From assembly GCA_951406725.2 (NCBI GenBank), contig OX597815.1, forward strand, positions 65,968,001-66,032,000: a stretch of 64,000 nucleotides of DNA. The letters are read 5' to 3'. Source of the stretch: Octopus vulgaris (lineage: Eukaryota). Below, one piece after another: positions 26,140-39,340 of this stretch. The notes under the pieces are model-generated. The model made no database searches. It had not been told where the DNA came from and worked only from the letters and a program-made list of their open reading frames with translations. A program made the position numbers and the translations under genes. The stretch's first letter is position 1. Each line of letters opens with the position of its first letter.

Positions 26140-27115
26140 ATGGTATGCGTAGAAACAGATGTGGTAGCAGATGTGGTAGAGTGGTGGGTTCATTACTGTT
26201 TGGTACACAATCAAGAAGCAACATTATAGAGCAGAAAAAGTAGTGGTGGTCCGAAAACGAAGGTGCGTGTGCGTGTGTATACGAGAGCATGTATGTGCGT
26301 GTGGAAGAGGGATGGTGACCTTGACGTGTGCGTGTGTGCTTGTGTTGGTGTATGATGGTATGGGAGCTGGGAAGTAGTCAGTACTAGTGTGTGCGTGGTG
26401 GAGTGATGTGATGTGGTGTGGTAGCGTTGGGATGTGGGGGAGGCGAGAGTGGGGTGTGGATTAGGCTGAGGGGGTAGAGGTGGGATATGTGGGAGTGGGT
26501 GGGATGGATAGGGAAGGTGAGGTTGGATTGTGTAGGGGTGGGGTTACGAGGGAGGGGTAATGATGAAGGGAGAGGGGAAAGGGAAAAGGGAGGTAGGAGT
26601 GGAGAGAAGAGAAAAGCAGAGTAGGAGTGAAGAGAAGAAGTAGAAGTCGGAGCGAGAGGAGAGATGGATGGGAGGAAGTAGGTGTAAGAGGAAGAGAGGA
26701 GAGGGGAAGAAGATTAGATAAAGAGAGGAGGAGAGTTGATCTCATGTGGCGCAAAGGGGCGAAGAGAGAAGATTAATCCCTATTCACGGCGCAAACGGGT
26801 GTCCGGATGGCCCCTGTGCAAGGACAATCCGAACACAGACAGATGTTGCAAAGAGTGACCGGTAGAGCGGAAATGGCGTGAGAGCGGGGTGTCATTGCCG
26901 AGCCGGATTTCTCGGAGGTGTTCCGCGAATCGGTCAGCCAAGCGTCGTCCCGTTTTCCAGATGTATAGAGAAGAACAGAGAGAACAAGAGATGCAGTAGA
27001 TGATATTGGTAAAAGTGCAGGTGAAGGAGTCAGTGATGTGATAGGGTCGATGATGTGTGCCGGTGAGGAGGGTGGTGTTGGAGAGGTAAGGGCAACTGCG
27101 GCGGCGTGGGCGGAT
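26140..27115 (-). mobile_element. Decayed PLE fragment (GIY-YIG and 3' UTR)
   Basis: 26770-27115 homologous to 35045-35410 with frameshifts. Confidence 0.85.
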
Positions 27116-27370
27116 ACATACATAATCTTAGTTGATCGAGTGCTTGTCTACTTCTTGAAGCTTTACTACACATACACACGCGCGCGCGCGCACGCACACA
27201 CACACACACATTATATATGTATATGTTTGTGTATAAAGAACGATTATCGGTAAACTTAAACAAAAATTTTATAATTATGAGTATAATTATAATTAGGGTT
27301 CATATAAAATATGTGTGTTATATATATATATATATATGTGTGTGTGTGAACATATATATATGAATGTGTA

Positions 27371-27439
<69 letters not shown>

Positions 27440-27442
<3 letters not shown>

Positions 27443-27762
27443 TGAGCACTACGTCGGTTACGACGACGAGGGTTCCAGCTGATACGGTCAGCGGAGCAGC
27501 TTGCTCGTGAAATTAACGTGCAAGTGGCTGAACAATCCACAAACACGTGTACCCTTATCGTAGATCTCAGGGAGATTCAGCGTGACACAAAGTGTGACAA
27601 GGCTGGCCCTTTGAAATACAGGTACAATTCATTTTTGCCAGTGGACTGGGGCAAAGTGAAATAAAGTGTCTTGCTGAAGTTCAGAACGCGTCGCCGGGAA
27701 TTGAACTCACGACCTTACAATTGTGAGTCGAATGCCCTAACCACTAAGCCATGCGCCTTCAC
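27440..27762 (-). mobile_element. tRNA-derived SINE family C
   Basis: GGCGCATGGCTTAGTGGTTAG A-box, GAGTTCAATTCC B-box; relatives at 30050-30293(-), 38031-38270(+), 54443-54665(+). Confidence 0.8.
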
Positions 27763-28352
27763 ACACGCACACACATACACACACACATATACATACGCAT
27801 ATCTGTACATAATGTATATTTGTATATATATATACGCATATATATAATGTATATTTGTATAAGATATGTATTTATGTGCCTGTGTATAGATATATATATG
27901 TACGTACGTACGTATGTATGTATGTATGTATGTATGTATGTATGTATGTATGTATGTATGTATGTATGTATGTATGTATGTATGTATTTTCCCTGGTTGT
28001 TTGGCTGGTGACAAACTGATTTACATTACTCGTGTCAGAGGTCTCCACCTCTGTTAATAGCGTGCATTTTTGTCAATCTTCATGTGACCTGGTTAGGAAC
28101 TACACATTTTATTAAATAACTTCCTGAAAAATTGCTGCTTATAAAGCAAGAGGTCAAATTTGAAAGGTCAAGTTTAGAATATACATTGACAATGACAAAA
28201 TTGGAGACATCTAGCTTTTCTTTAACGTTACTTTTTTACATTGTCTATTTTATTGTTCTATTTAATTTAATTTTATTCATTAAATGAAAATATACACAAA
28301 GTGCTTGAGCACTTGCTATGTTATTCATATCTATCATATTCTGCTGTTTTCT

Positions 28353-28388
<36 letters not shown>

Positions 28389-28430
28389 GTATATATATAT
28401 ACAGTATATATGGTTTTTGCGTGGTTTCTA

Positions 28431-28475
<45 letters not shown>

Positions 28476-28493
28476 TATATATATATATAACAT

Positions 28494-30020
28494 TAATAGG
28501 CCCCAACTATGCGAACCTGTTCGTTGAGGCCCAAATATTCTCAAGTTTCACTGGTCCCACTCCCGAACTATATGGCTGTTATATTGACGACTGTATCGAT
28601 GCGACCTCACTATTCCGCGAACATCTAGACTCCTTCCTCTCTTTTGTCAAATCTTTCCATCCTGCCTTCCACTTTTCCTGCACTATCTCTGACACCTCTG
28701 TCTCTTTTTCATGACATTTCGGTGAGCATTCATCACTCCACTCTCACCATCTCCATCTACTACAAACGCAGACTCTCACTCTTACCTCAACTCTTCCTCC
28801 CACCCTAAACACACCAAGCTTTCCATCCCCTATTCCCAATTCCTCCGTCTACACAGGCTCTTTAGTGACGACCATGACTTTGAGACTCAGTCTCAACTCA
28901 TGGCTCGCCACTTCATCCTACGTGGATATCCCCTTACCACTATCCAAACCGCCTTTGCCAGAGCACTTCTGTGGACCGTATATCTGCTCTCTACTCTCGA
29001 ACCCACCCTGCCGTCTCTCGCCTCCCATTTCCCCTAACCTACCACCCCACTACCCTACCTCTCCAGCGCACCATTCTTCGAACCTTCCGGCGACTTCAGT
29101 CCGACCCGTCCACTTCACACATCTTCCCTAACCGATCCCTCCCCTCCTTCAAACGAGCCACAATCTACGAGACCTCTTGGTCCACAGCTTCTTCCCTAAC
29201 CCAACCTCCCAACCCGGCTCGTTCCCCTGCTCCCGCCCACGCTGCCGCACTTGCCCTTACCTCCCCAACATCACCCTCCTCACCGGCACCCAACATCACC
29301 TGCACTCTTCTCTTCATTCCTACCCACCTTCTCCTTCCTCCTCTTCATCGTCACCCCTCCCTCGTAAGCCCGCTCCACCCCCTACACATTCCCCTCACAC
29401 CTTCCCTATCTTTCTCTAGCCCACCCAACCCCATCCCTTACACCCACTCCTACATATTCCACCTCTACCTCCACCATCCGCCTACCCATATACCCCACCT
29501 CAACCCCCACTCTTGCTTTCCCCACTCTCGCCTCCACCACCTCCCAACACCATCACACCACACCACACACCACTACACCTTACACCACCATACCACAAAC
29601 ACATCACATCACACCACCATACACGCATCAGCACTGACCACTTCCGAGACCCACATTTTCACACCTACAAATACGCACACACACTCATCGAGATTACCAG
29701 CCCTCTTCCACACGCACATATAAACTCTCCTATACACACGTACGTGTGTATAAGAGAGTTTTCAGATCACCACTACTTTATTAGCTCCCCTTCTCCCTAT
29801 ACCTCCTGTGTGACCCTTTTGTCCGGCATTCGCCATGATAGATCGCTAGCCACTACACATTCTTTGTTTTCTCTCTTTGTTTCTTTCAGTGTTCCTTTAT
29901 GTGGAAGAGCGTAGGCCCGAAACGTTAAAGACTTTTTCACATCCCGAGTGTTATACTAATACATCTGTTTGTTGTCTACACCACCTGTCTTCATCTTTCG
30001 TTTTTTTTGTGAATTCTCCC
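28494..30020 (+). mobile_element. Decayed PLE with RT remnant, GIY-YIG internally deleted, degenerate HHR-like motif 29895-29930
   Basis: GPNYANLFV and YIDD; homology to 34509-35100; flanked by (TA)n. Confidence 0.88.
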
Positions 30021-30049
30021 TATATATATATATATATATTATATAAATA

Positions 30050-30449
<400 letters not shown>

Positions 30450-31077
30450 TAGATTGCAGTTCAAATATAGATTGGTTCAGCAAAAAATGTACACTGTCCA
30501 GTGAGGGATAAATATCATTTAATATACACATCACAAAAGAGCTACTAATAACTTCATGCTTTTGATTCACATTAAATTGGCAAATTTATATAATGCACCA
30601 TATATCTAAAAGCAATCTTTAAGACTCAGTTCATACGTCAGATGTATTTAAAAACCAGGCCGCTGGCCTATGAGAAAACATGAGAAAATGCGACAAGAAA
30701 ATCTGTACTCTTTCTACTGACTATTATACCTTACATCATGAAATAAACCTTCGTCTTCTATGAATTGGAATAAATGGATCTTAGCCATTTCATATCAAAA
30801 AATTGAAAGGCTACAAGAAATTGTAATTTCAATTCTAAATTCAGTGTTCAATCTCCATTACAACATGATATTCTATAAGAAATATGAGGTGTACGAGAAA
30901 CGACTGAATAAATCTCATACGGACTGTCAGCTCACGACTCGTGATTTCACGACCCTTTGTATGTTTTGTTATGTCTCTGACCAAGATAAATTCTCTTTCA
31001 GTTCTATATTTAAGAGATGAGGAATTATGTACATTATTTACATTTGACGGATATTTATTCTCATCTTGTTTGTTGTT

Positions 31078-31123
31078 AACACAACGTTTCGGCTGATATA
31101 CCCTCCAACCTTCATCAGGTGTA
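31078..31123 (-). ncRNA. Minimal type I hammerhead, canonical core
   Basis: ACAC-CTGATGA-A-GGTTG gagggtatat CAGCC-GAAACGTT-GTGT. Confidence 0.8.
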
Positions 31124-31195
31124 TTGGGGAAATTTCGAACTTGGGTTCTCATTCCTAAGGTATTTTTAGATATTATTAATATTATTATTATTATT

Positions 31196-31749
31196 GAGTG
31201 AGCGAGCAGAGCATGCCATCAAAGTGACACTGGGGTAAAATATACGAAGCCCAGTATACCCATCATGACTACCCGTCTGATAAAGGTACACCAGGCACAT
31301 GCATCACAACCATATGTGCGCGACATGGTGATCTCATATCAAGATAAACAGCACATGACCTTGCAGGTGGAGCCCAGTTAGAATTTTCTTCAGATCGAGG
31401 AACCCATCCCGCTCAAAAGGTCCCTGAATAAGGGTTGTTTAAGGACGTTGAACGAAACACCCATGTTTCCAGAGGTGAATTATTCAAACCCCAAAGAATC
31501 CTTCTCAACACATGGCTATGATGCTCCCCCACTACTTCTGCTCGTGATCAGAGATGCACATATCGTCAGCCACTAAGGGACATGCTCAACTGGTTAAGGT
31601 CAAACAACTGACAAGCAAATCTGTGGTATTGAGCAGAATATTTGCTGTAGCCCATCTTTTATACCAAGACAAAACAATGTACATGATAACACTTCCAATC
31701 AGTTAAGATCAGAAGCCATGAGAGCCACTGCCTGGTACTGCATCAGGGC

Positions 31750-31751
<2 letters not shown>
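31196..31751. mobile_element. Unclassified ~555-bp element nested in (TTA)n
   Basis: Splits the (TTA)n of the left arm; absent from the right arm. Confidence 0.7.
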
Positions 31752-31829
<78 letters not shown>

Positions 31830-31854
31830 TCACTGCCTGGCATCGAATTCGGAA

Positions 31855-31925
31855 GGGCATATGGCATAGTGGTTAAGAGCGCGGGCTGCTAACCCCAAGA
31901 TTCCGAGTTCGATTCTAGGTAGTGA

Positions 31926-31929
<4 letters not shown>
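31855..31929 (+). promoter_or_regulatory. tRNA-like Pol III head (A box 31862-31872, B box 31905-31915)
   Basis: TGGCATAGTGG, anticodon-like arm GGG-CTGCTAA-CCC, GAGTTCGATTC; no good acceptor stem. Confidence 0.8.
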
Positions 31930-32008
<79 letters not shown>

Positions 32009-32024
32009 TAATAATAATAATAAT

Positions 32025-32070
<46 letters not shown>

Positions 32071-32117
32071 TCCAGAAATACCTTAGGAATGGGAATCCAA
32101 ATTCGAAATTTCCCCAA

Positions 32118-32163
32118 GACACCTGATGAAGGTTGGAGGATATATCAGCCGAAATGTTGTGTT
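32118..32163 (+). ncRNA. Minimal type I hammerhead (helix III C>T change)
   Basis: GACAC-CTGATGA-A-GGTTG...CAGCC-GAAATGTT-GTGTT. Confidence 0.7.
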
Positions 32164-34420
32164 AAAAACAAACAAGATGGGGGACAAATATCCGTCAAAT
32201 GTAAATAATGTATTAATTCTCTTTGTACTAATTTTCCTGTATGTTCGGTACTGAACGTTCTCCAGATGTTGTTAGGAAAATTTTCAGCGAAGAATTTTTT
32301 TTTTACTCGTCTGCTCAACATGAGAAAACCAAAGATTTTAGCTCTAACTCACCTCTGAGTTTCGCGAAAAGGTTAAATAAGATTAAATTGGTAACTAATT
32401 GATGTTTACAACCTTACTACACTCCCTCTCCTTCACTCCCCTCCCTCTCTTTCCCGCGCTCTCTGTCTCTCTCCCTGTCACTTTCTTCCGCCCCCGTTCG
32501 TTTTCTCTTTTTCCGCTCTCTCCACCCTCCTCACTCCCTCTCCCTCTTTCTCCCTTACCTTACCTCCTCACTCCCTCTCCCTCTCTCACTCACCACCCTC
32601 TTCACTTTCACTCCCCCGCTCTCTCTCTTCTCTCTTTCTCCCTTTCTCTTTTTTTCTCTCTCTCTCTCTTCCCTCTCTCGCACTTTCCCCCCAATCTTTG
32701 TTGTTTATTCCTCAATTTCTTTCCAAATTAAAATCTAATCTGAGAAACTGATTAATTTTTCCAAACGACGTTCAAGAAGTTTACTTTTTATCATAATTAT
32801 CATTATTTATTTATTTTGTTTTGTACTTTGGCATCCTTGAAGCATCCATTAACTGCTAAGAATTTTGTGGGGTCTGGTCAGGGCTATTTGAGAGAAATTC
32901 ATTTAATCCAAATCTCTGCAATATTGTCAGCTGCTGTTCTGCAACCAATGTGTTTCATTTATAGTTAATGTTTTATAATTACTTTCAGATCAGAGAAAAC
33001 GAAATTAACCTTTGATTACACTTAATTAATGCCATTTTATAACTTTAAAAGGCAGGGGGCAGTAAATAAATAAAAAAAGTAATGGCAATAACATCTTGGA
33101 AATTCTCAAACATGTTTTTGTATAAAATATTTGAAAATTGGTTATTTATCTGATAATTTAGACATTCGTTTAATCGTTATTTTTAAGTGAAGAAAAAACT
33201 CCTAATCAACCAATAAACAGCCAAAACTACTATAAACACAATCGCTAATCTATAAAAAAAAGTGTTCGAACTCTAAGCTAATAGAACTACTGATCCACAA
33301 TTTTCCGTTGTGTTGTGATGAGAGAGAAATAATAAAATAAAACTTTAGTTTCGTGTAACTAAATATAATGTCAAAACGTTCGATATTATAGGGAAAGGAA
33401 CGTTAATAGTAAGCAGCGTTCATGATTTTCTGGAAGAAACAATGGGTGTAGCGAATTATGTTAAAATATCTGAACGGAGATTTGAAACTGTTTCGGATTT
33501 ATCACCGCAAATGTTTACTTCATATATCACGGCTCTCGTTCTTAACTTTGAGATAATAATTGTTTCTGATTTAGACCCAAAGCCAGAAATTTGGAGGAGG
33601 AGAGGATAGGCAAGTGTAACATATAAAAATATTTAGGGGGAAAATGCATTGCACAGTATTTGGGCATCAGCTTTTGAATTTAAAGTTTATACATTATACA
33701 ATTTCTATTTGGTTTATAACTAAGAAATATATTTTCTAACTGTTATAGTTTATCCATGAGAGATGGAATTTCTCATCCGCTTACTTTAGAATTAAGCGTG
33801 GACTTTAGAATTTCTTTGACTCGTTGTGATAAAAGGGCCGTTTATCGTACAAAAATTATGTTTTTTTAAGTAGTTTTCTTACGGAAAACTCCGAGTCCTT
33901 TTAATCCAAATATGACAAAAATCCTATATATCTTCTAATTTCGGTTAACATGACATATTTTCCATGAAAGTACAACCGACCTGAATGTATTTAGGCGGTG
34001 GGAAGAATGCAGAAATTTTAAAAGTCGACAGGACATATGACAGTTAATAGCTGTCAAATATCATTCAAATATAATGAACAGTCATCAGAATACGAAAAAA
34101 ATTATCTTCATGAACTTAGCTTAATTATACTTTATTAGTGTTTAAGTCTTTTACACCAGGCCACCAAAAACTGACTCAAAATTAAATAGAACACTCGGTG
34201 TACGCCAGAAATCCTGTCGAACTCAATAAAAAAAAAATCGGTAACAGTGACAAATACATTCACTAATATATCAGAAAACCCTCCCAGCTGAATAAAAACT
34301 CGGTGTGTGCAAGTGAAACAGTTTTAAATTGAAATAGCCATCTGTGCATTATTATTAATGTATTTACACCACAAAGACATACATTAAAAACACTATCAAT
34401 ATATATATATATATAATTAT

Positions 34421-34501
<81 letters not shown>

Positions 34502-34508
34502 TATATAT

Positions 34509-36430
34509 ATTTCGACATTTCGGTTAGCATTCTTCACTCCACTCTTACCACCTCCATTCACTACAAACACACAGACTCACACTCATACCTCAACTTCTCT
34601 TCCTCCCACCCAGAACACACCAAGCTTTCCATCCCCTATTCCCAATTCCTCCGTCTACGTAGGCTCTGTAGTGACGACCATGACTTTGAGACTCAGTCTC
34701 AACGTATGGCTCACCACTTCACCCTACGTGGATACCCCCTCACCACTATCCACACCGCCCTTGCCAGAGCACGGTCCGTGGACCGTGTATCTGCTCTCTC
34801 TCCCCGAACCCGCCCTGTAGTCTCCCGCCTCCCTTTTCCCCTCACTTACCACCCCACGACCCTACGTCTCCAACGCACCATTCTTCGAGCTTTCCGTCAT
34901 CTCCAGTCCGACCCGTCCACTGCACACCTCTTCCCTAACCGACCCCTCCCCTCTTTCAAACGAGCCCACAACCTTCGAGACCTTTTGGTCCATAGCTCCT
35001 TCCCTGACCCTACCTCCCAACCCGGCTCGTTCCCCTGCTCCCGCCCACGTTGCCGCACTTGCCCTTACCTCTCCAACACCACCCGCCTCACTAGCACCCA
35101 CCATCGACCCTATCCCATCATCCACTCCTTCACCTGCACCTCCAGCAATATTATCTATTGCATCTCTTGCTCTCTCTGCAATTCCTTGTATATCGGACAA
35201 ACGGGACGCCGCTTGGCTGACCGGTTCGCGGAACACCTTCGTGACATCCACCTTGCGAACGACACACCGGTCTCACGCCATTTCCGCTCCACCGGTCACT
35301 CCTTGCAACACCTATCTGTGTTCGGTTTGTCCTTACACAGAGGCCATCCGGATTCCCGTTTGCGCCGTGAACAGGAATTAATCTTCTCTCTTCGCTCTTA
35401 TACGCCATTTGGTCTCAACTCTCCCCCCTCCTCATCTAACCCCCTCTCCCCCTCCTCACCTATCCTTTCTCCCCCCGACCCCTACTTCTACAGTCCTTCA
35501 TCCTTTCACCCCTACTCCCATTCCCTTCTTCCCTCTTTCTCCCTCCCTCTTCCCCTTCCCTCTGCTCCCTCACTCCCTCTCTCCCCCTCTCCCTCTTTCC
35601 TCCTTCACCCCCCTCCTCCCCTTCCTTCTCCCCCATCCTCTCCTCTTCCCCCTTCTCCTCCCCCTCTTCTTCCCCTCGCCTTCTCTCCCCCCTCTTCTCC
35701 CCCCTCTTCTCCCCCCTCTTCTCCCCCTCCCCCTCTTCTCCTCACTACACCACATGACTTTACACATCACATCACATATGATGTGCCATACTAATACACA
35801 CACCAACTAATACATACTAATACGTACTAATACATACCAGTACATACTAATACTTACACCAACCCTATACATACACACGTCCAGACCCCGCATACGCACT
35901 TATACTCTCTCACACACACACACACACACCTATACATACCAATACGTACTAATACATACTAATACATACTAATACATACACCAACCCCATACATACGCAC
36001 GTCCAGACCAATCTTACGCACTAATACTCTCTCATACACACACACACACACACACACCCCCTTATACATACTAATACATACACCAACCCTATACATACAC
36101 ACATCCAGACCCCTCCCACGCACTTTTAGCTGGTCCCTCAACCCTTTTATCAACCCTATTATCTCCCCTTATTTCGCTCTCGCGTCTCATGTTTGATCTT
36201 TGACCTCTGGCCGAAATCAGATCGCCATGTTGATTCGTTAGCTACTGCACGCATTTTTTTCTCTCCTTCTTTCTGTGTTTTTCTCTCTCTGTGTATCTTT
36301 CTGTTGAAGAGCGTAGGCTCGAAACGTTAAAGACTTGTTTTATTTATATTTCCTGAGCGCCATACTAATACAATTGTTCGTTTGTTTTCCACCTGCCTTC
36401 GTCTTTTGTTTATTTTCATAAAGCTTCCCG

Positions 36431-36432
<2 letters not shown>
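34509..36432 (+). mobile_element. PLE, 5'-truncated (RT thumb + GIY-YIG + 3' UTR) between (TA)n
   Basis: ORF 34706-: CSRPRCRTC, NIIYCISCSLCNSLYIGQTGRRLADRFAEH. Confidence 0.92.
36296..36333 (+). ncRNA. Minimal hammerhead-like motif (core CUGUUGA)
   Basis: TCTTT-CTGTTGA-A-GAGC GTAG GCTC-GAAACGTT-AAAGA. Confidence 0.65.
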
Positions 36433-36505
<73 letters not shown>

Positions 36506-36508
<3 letters not shown>

Positions 36509-37040
36509 ATAGTATTATTAAAATACCATCACAAGTGGTAAGCGAATTATTAGCTGTACAGGCAAATTAATAAAATATATACATACAATATTAGGTATGT
36601 ACATATATACACAAGGGTACTACATGAGTACCTATATCGCTCATGATAGAAGTCAAAAAATACTTCTGTACTACCGAAAAGTCACAAATCTATTACAGAC
36701 ATGATAGGAAAAAATATCAGTGGACAATAATAATGTCTTACCTCTACTGGGTCAGAAAAATTAAGTCACAAATCTATTACAGACAAGATAGGAAAAAATA
36801 TCAGTGAACAATAATAATGTCTTACCTCAAATGGGTCAGAATAAGTAAATGCATTTACTTATTCTGACCCATTTGAGGTAAGACATTATTATTGTTCGCT
36901 GATATTTTTTCTCATCTTGTCTGTAGTAGATTTGTGACTTTTCGGTGGTACAGAAGTATTTTTTGACTTCTATCATGAGCGATATAGGTACTCATTTAGT
37001 ACCTTATGTATGTATATATCTAATATTGTATGTATATATG
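36506..37040. repeat. Spacerless fold-back in (TA)n; no HHR seen
   Basis: Palindrome centred at 36851/36852; left arm has an ~80-bp tandem duplication and an extra ~70-nt tail. Confidence 0.85.
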
Positions 37041-37084
<44 letters not shown>

Positions 37085-37088
<4 letters not shown>

Positions 37089-38001
37089 TATAAGTAAGGG
37101 CAAAAGAAAAAAATTCTAATGCCAAAATATGCCGAAAATAGACAAATCGTCGATACACATGACATTTATCACTACAAGCACGTGTTTCGAAGAAAGCCGA
37201 CAGAAATTTCTAAAAAACCCGTTATTACCATATCGGACCCGATTTCAGAGTTAGTTCATAAGAACCTTCCCTTCATCAGTGATAAATGCGGCAAAGAAAT
37301 AAGTGAAATACTTACTTATACCCATGGAAGAAGTGAACATTAAGTCATGAGCACAACTAAGTACCCCAAATATATCCAGAATAGAAACTCTCCAGCCCAT
37401 CTCGAGACACGTGCGATTCGAACTAAAAAAACTCTCGTAAAGTGAGAGAGTCTGGAAGTGAACAGTATTAAATTAACATCTAATGTAGGATAATCCTACA
37501 TTTTATCCTACATTAGCTGTTAATTTAATAGTCTTCACTTCCGGACTCTCTCACTTTACGAGAGTTTTTTTAGTTCGAATCGCACGTGTCTCGAGATGGG
37601 CTGGAGAGTTTCTATTCTGGATATATTTGGGGTACTTAGTTGTGCTCATGACTTAGTGTTCACTTCTTCCATGGGTATAAGTAAGTATTTCACTTATTTC
37701 TTTGCCGCATTTATCACTGATGAAGGGAAGGTTCTTATGAACTAACTCTGAAATCGGGTCCGATATGGTAATAACGGGATTTTTTAGAAATTTCTGTCGG
37801 CTTTCTTCGAAACGCGTGCTTGTAGTGATAAATGTCATGGTTATTGACGATTTGTCTATTTTCGGCATATTTTGGCATTAGAATTTTTTTCTTTTGCCTT
37901 TACTTATAAATTGTTTATAAATTTAATCTTTAAAGGTATTTTTTTAATATGCTGGCCATTGATAGAATTTTTTTCGAAAAATTTAATCCTACATTAGATG
38001 T
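37085..38001. mobile_element. Fold-back insertion with ~410-bp arms and HHR-like motifs (37163-37288 -, 37708-37834 +)
   Basis: Near-identical arms meeting at ~37482-37515; right arm has an extra tail ending in a repeat of the unit start. Confidence 0.85.
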
Positions 38002-38030
38002 GTATTTATATATATTACGCTATGTGAATG

Positions 38031-38270
38031 TGAAGGTGCATGGCTCAGTGGTTAGAGTGTCGAGCTTACGATCTCGTGATTGTGAGTTCGAATCCCGGAC
38101 CGGGCTGTGTTGTGTTCTTGAGCAAGACAGTTTATTTCACGTCGCCCCAGTTCACTTAGCTGTAGACATGAGTTGCGACGTCACAGGTGCCAAGCTGTAT
38201 CGGCCTCTGCCTTTCCCTTGGATAACACTGGTGGCGTGGAGAGGAGAGGCCGGTATGCATGAGCGACTCG
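38031..38270 (+). mobile_element. SINE family C relative
   Basis: TGGCTCAGTGG A-box, GAGTTCGAATCC B-box. Confidence 0.8.
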
Positions 38271-39070
38271 CTTGAACATCAGGCGCATTTCGGTTTTCTT
38301 GGCCTTGTCAACGACGTGTAGTGAGTTGTTACATACCCACTAATGTTCTCGTGAGTTCCTACTGGGATAATGTTCGCCTAGTTCCAATGTTGTATATACA
38401 TTAAGTATTATTCACAGATGTCTATTTTAAATAGAATGCTAGTTATACGACTAATAATATAGTGGTTTTTACCCTAATTTTTTAACCTTGTTTAAATGAA
38501 ATGATTGTAAATCAGCTACTGGATTTAGCTTTGTCAAACAGCAATTCTTGTAACGTACAGCAAACAGAATTAAGTGTTGAAGCCTTCCAAATGCTTTACT
38601 GGTTCTTCCCATCCTCAGATTTCTTCCAGAATCAAGGGATCCATCTCTAAAGAGAGTGTGCTTCCAAGGTCGACGAAAGAGTGAACCATATCTAAAATTC
38701 TACCCGTATATTCATCTATTTTTGTCTAGATTACCTGGCACACTGTATCTCGGTAATACACCCAGAAACGTCACAATCATCTCTACTTCTCATTACATAG
38801 CTTCTATAAATATAAGAATTCGTAAACATCTGAACATGTTTTCCTCAGTGTGTATGAATGTGGATATGTTGTGAGTGTGCATGCGTGCGAGTGTGTAAAT
38901 GTAAACCTAAATGTGTGTAGTTGAACAAATAACTTTCAAATTTAGAAAAATGCCTTTCATACAATCTGATTCTTCCTAACTCATGACTCTTCATTTCTAT
39001 TTCATAAACACTTCCGCATCCCCGAAAATTTTGCATCAGGCTACTAAAAATAACATACCTTAATTTCCTT

Positions 39071-39340
39071 TGGCGTGGCTGTGTGGTAAGAAGTTTATTT
39101 TTTATTATATAGTTCCGGGTTCAGTCCTACTGCCTGGTACCTTGGGCAACTGTTTCCTACCGTAGTCTCGGATCGACCAAAGCCTTTATAAGTGAATTTG
39201 GTAGACGGAAACAATAAGCCCGTCGTGTGTGTGTGTGTGTGTCCCGCTACCATTTGACAACCGTTTCAATCAACTAAAAATTCAAGGCGGTTCCCCAGCT
39301 TGACCGCAGTCCAATGACTGAAACAAGTAAAAAAGATAAA
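39071..39340 (+). mobile_element. SINE family B, internally deleted
   Basis: Head and tail homologous to 46196-46721. Confidence 0.8.

Larger units (their letters stand above)
30999..32214. mobile_element. Fold-back tRNA-headed SINE ending in a hammerhead (putative PLE-mobilised SINE)
   Basis: + arm: tRNA head 31855-31929, (AAT)n, HHR 32118-32163; - arm: HHR 31078-31123, (TTA)n, head truncated at B-box; candidate TSD AATTCTCTTT 30989-30998 / 32215-32224. Confidence 0.8.

Noticed and set aside
31855-31929. Functional tRNA-Ser(GCT) gene
   Set aside because: No long variable arm, poor acceptor stem, fused to a repeat body
35430-35794. Proline-rich C-terminal extension of PLE ORF
   Set aside because: Read-through into pyrimidine-rich UTR; sister copies stop near the equivalent of ~35438
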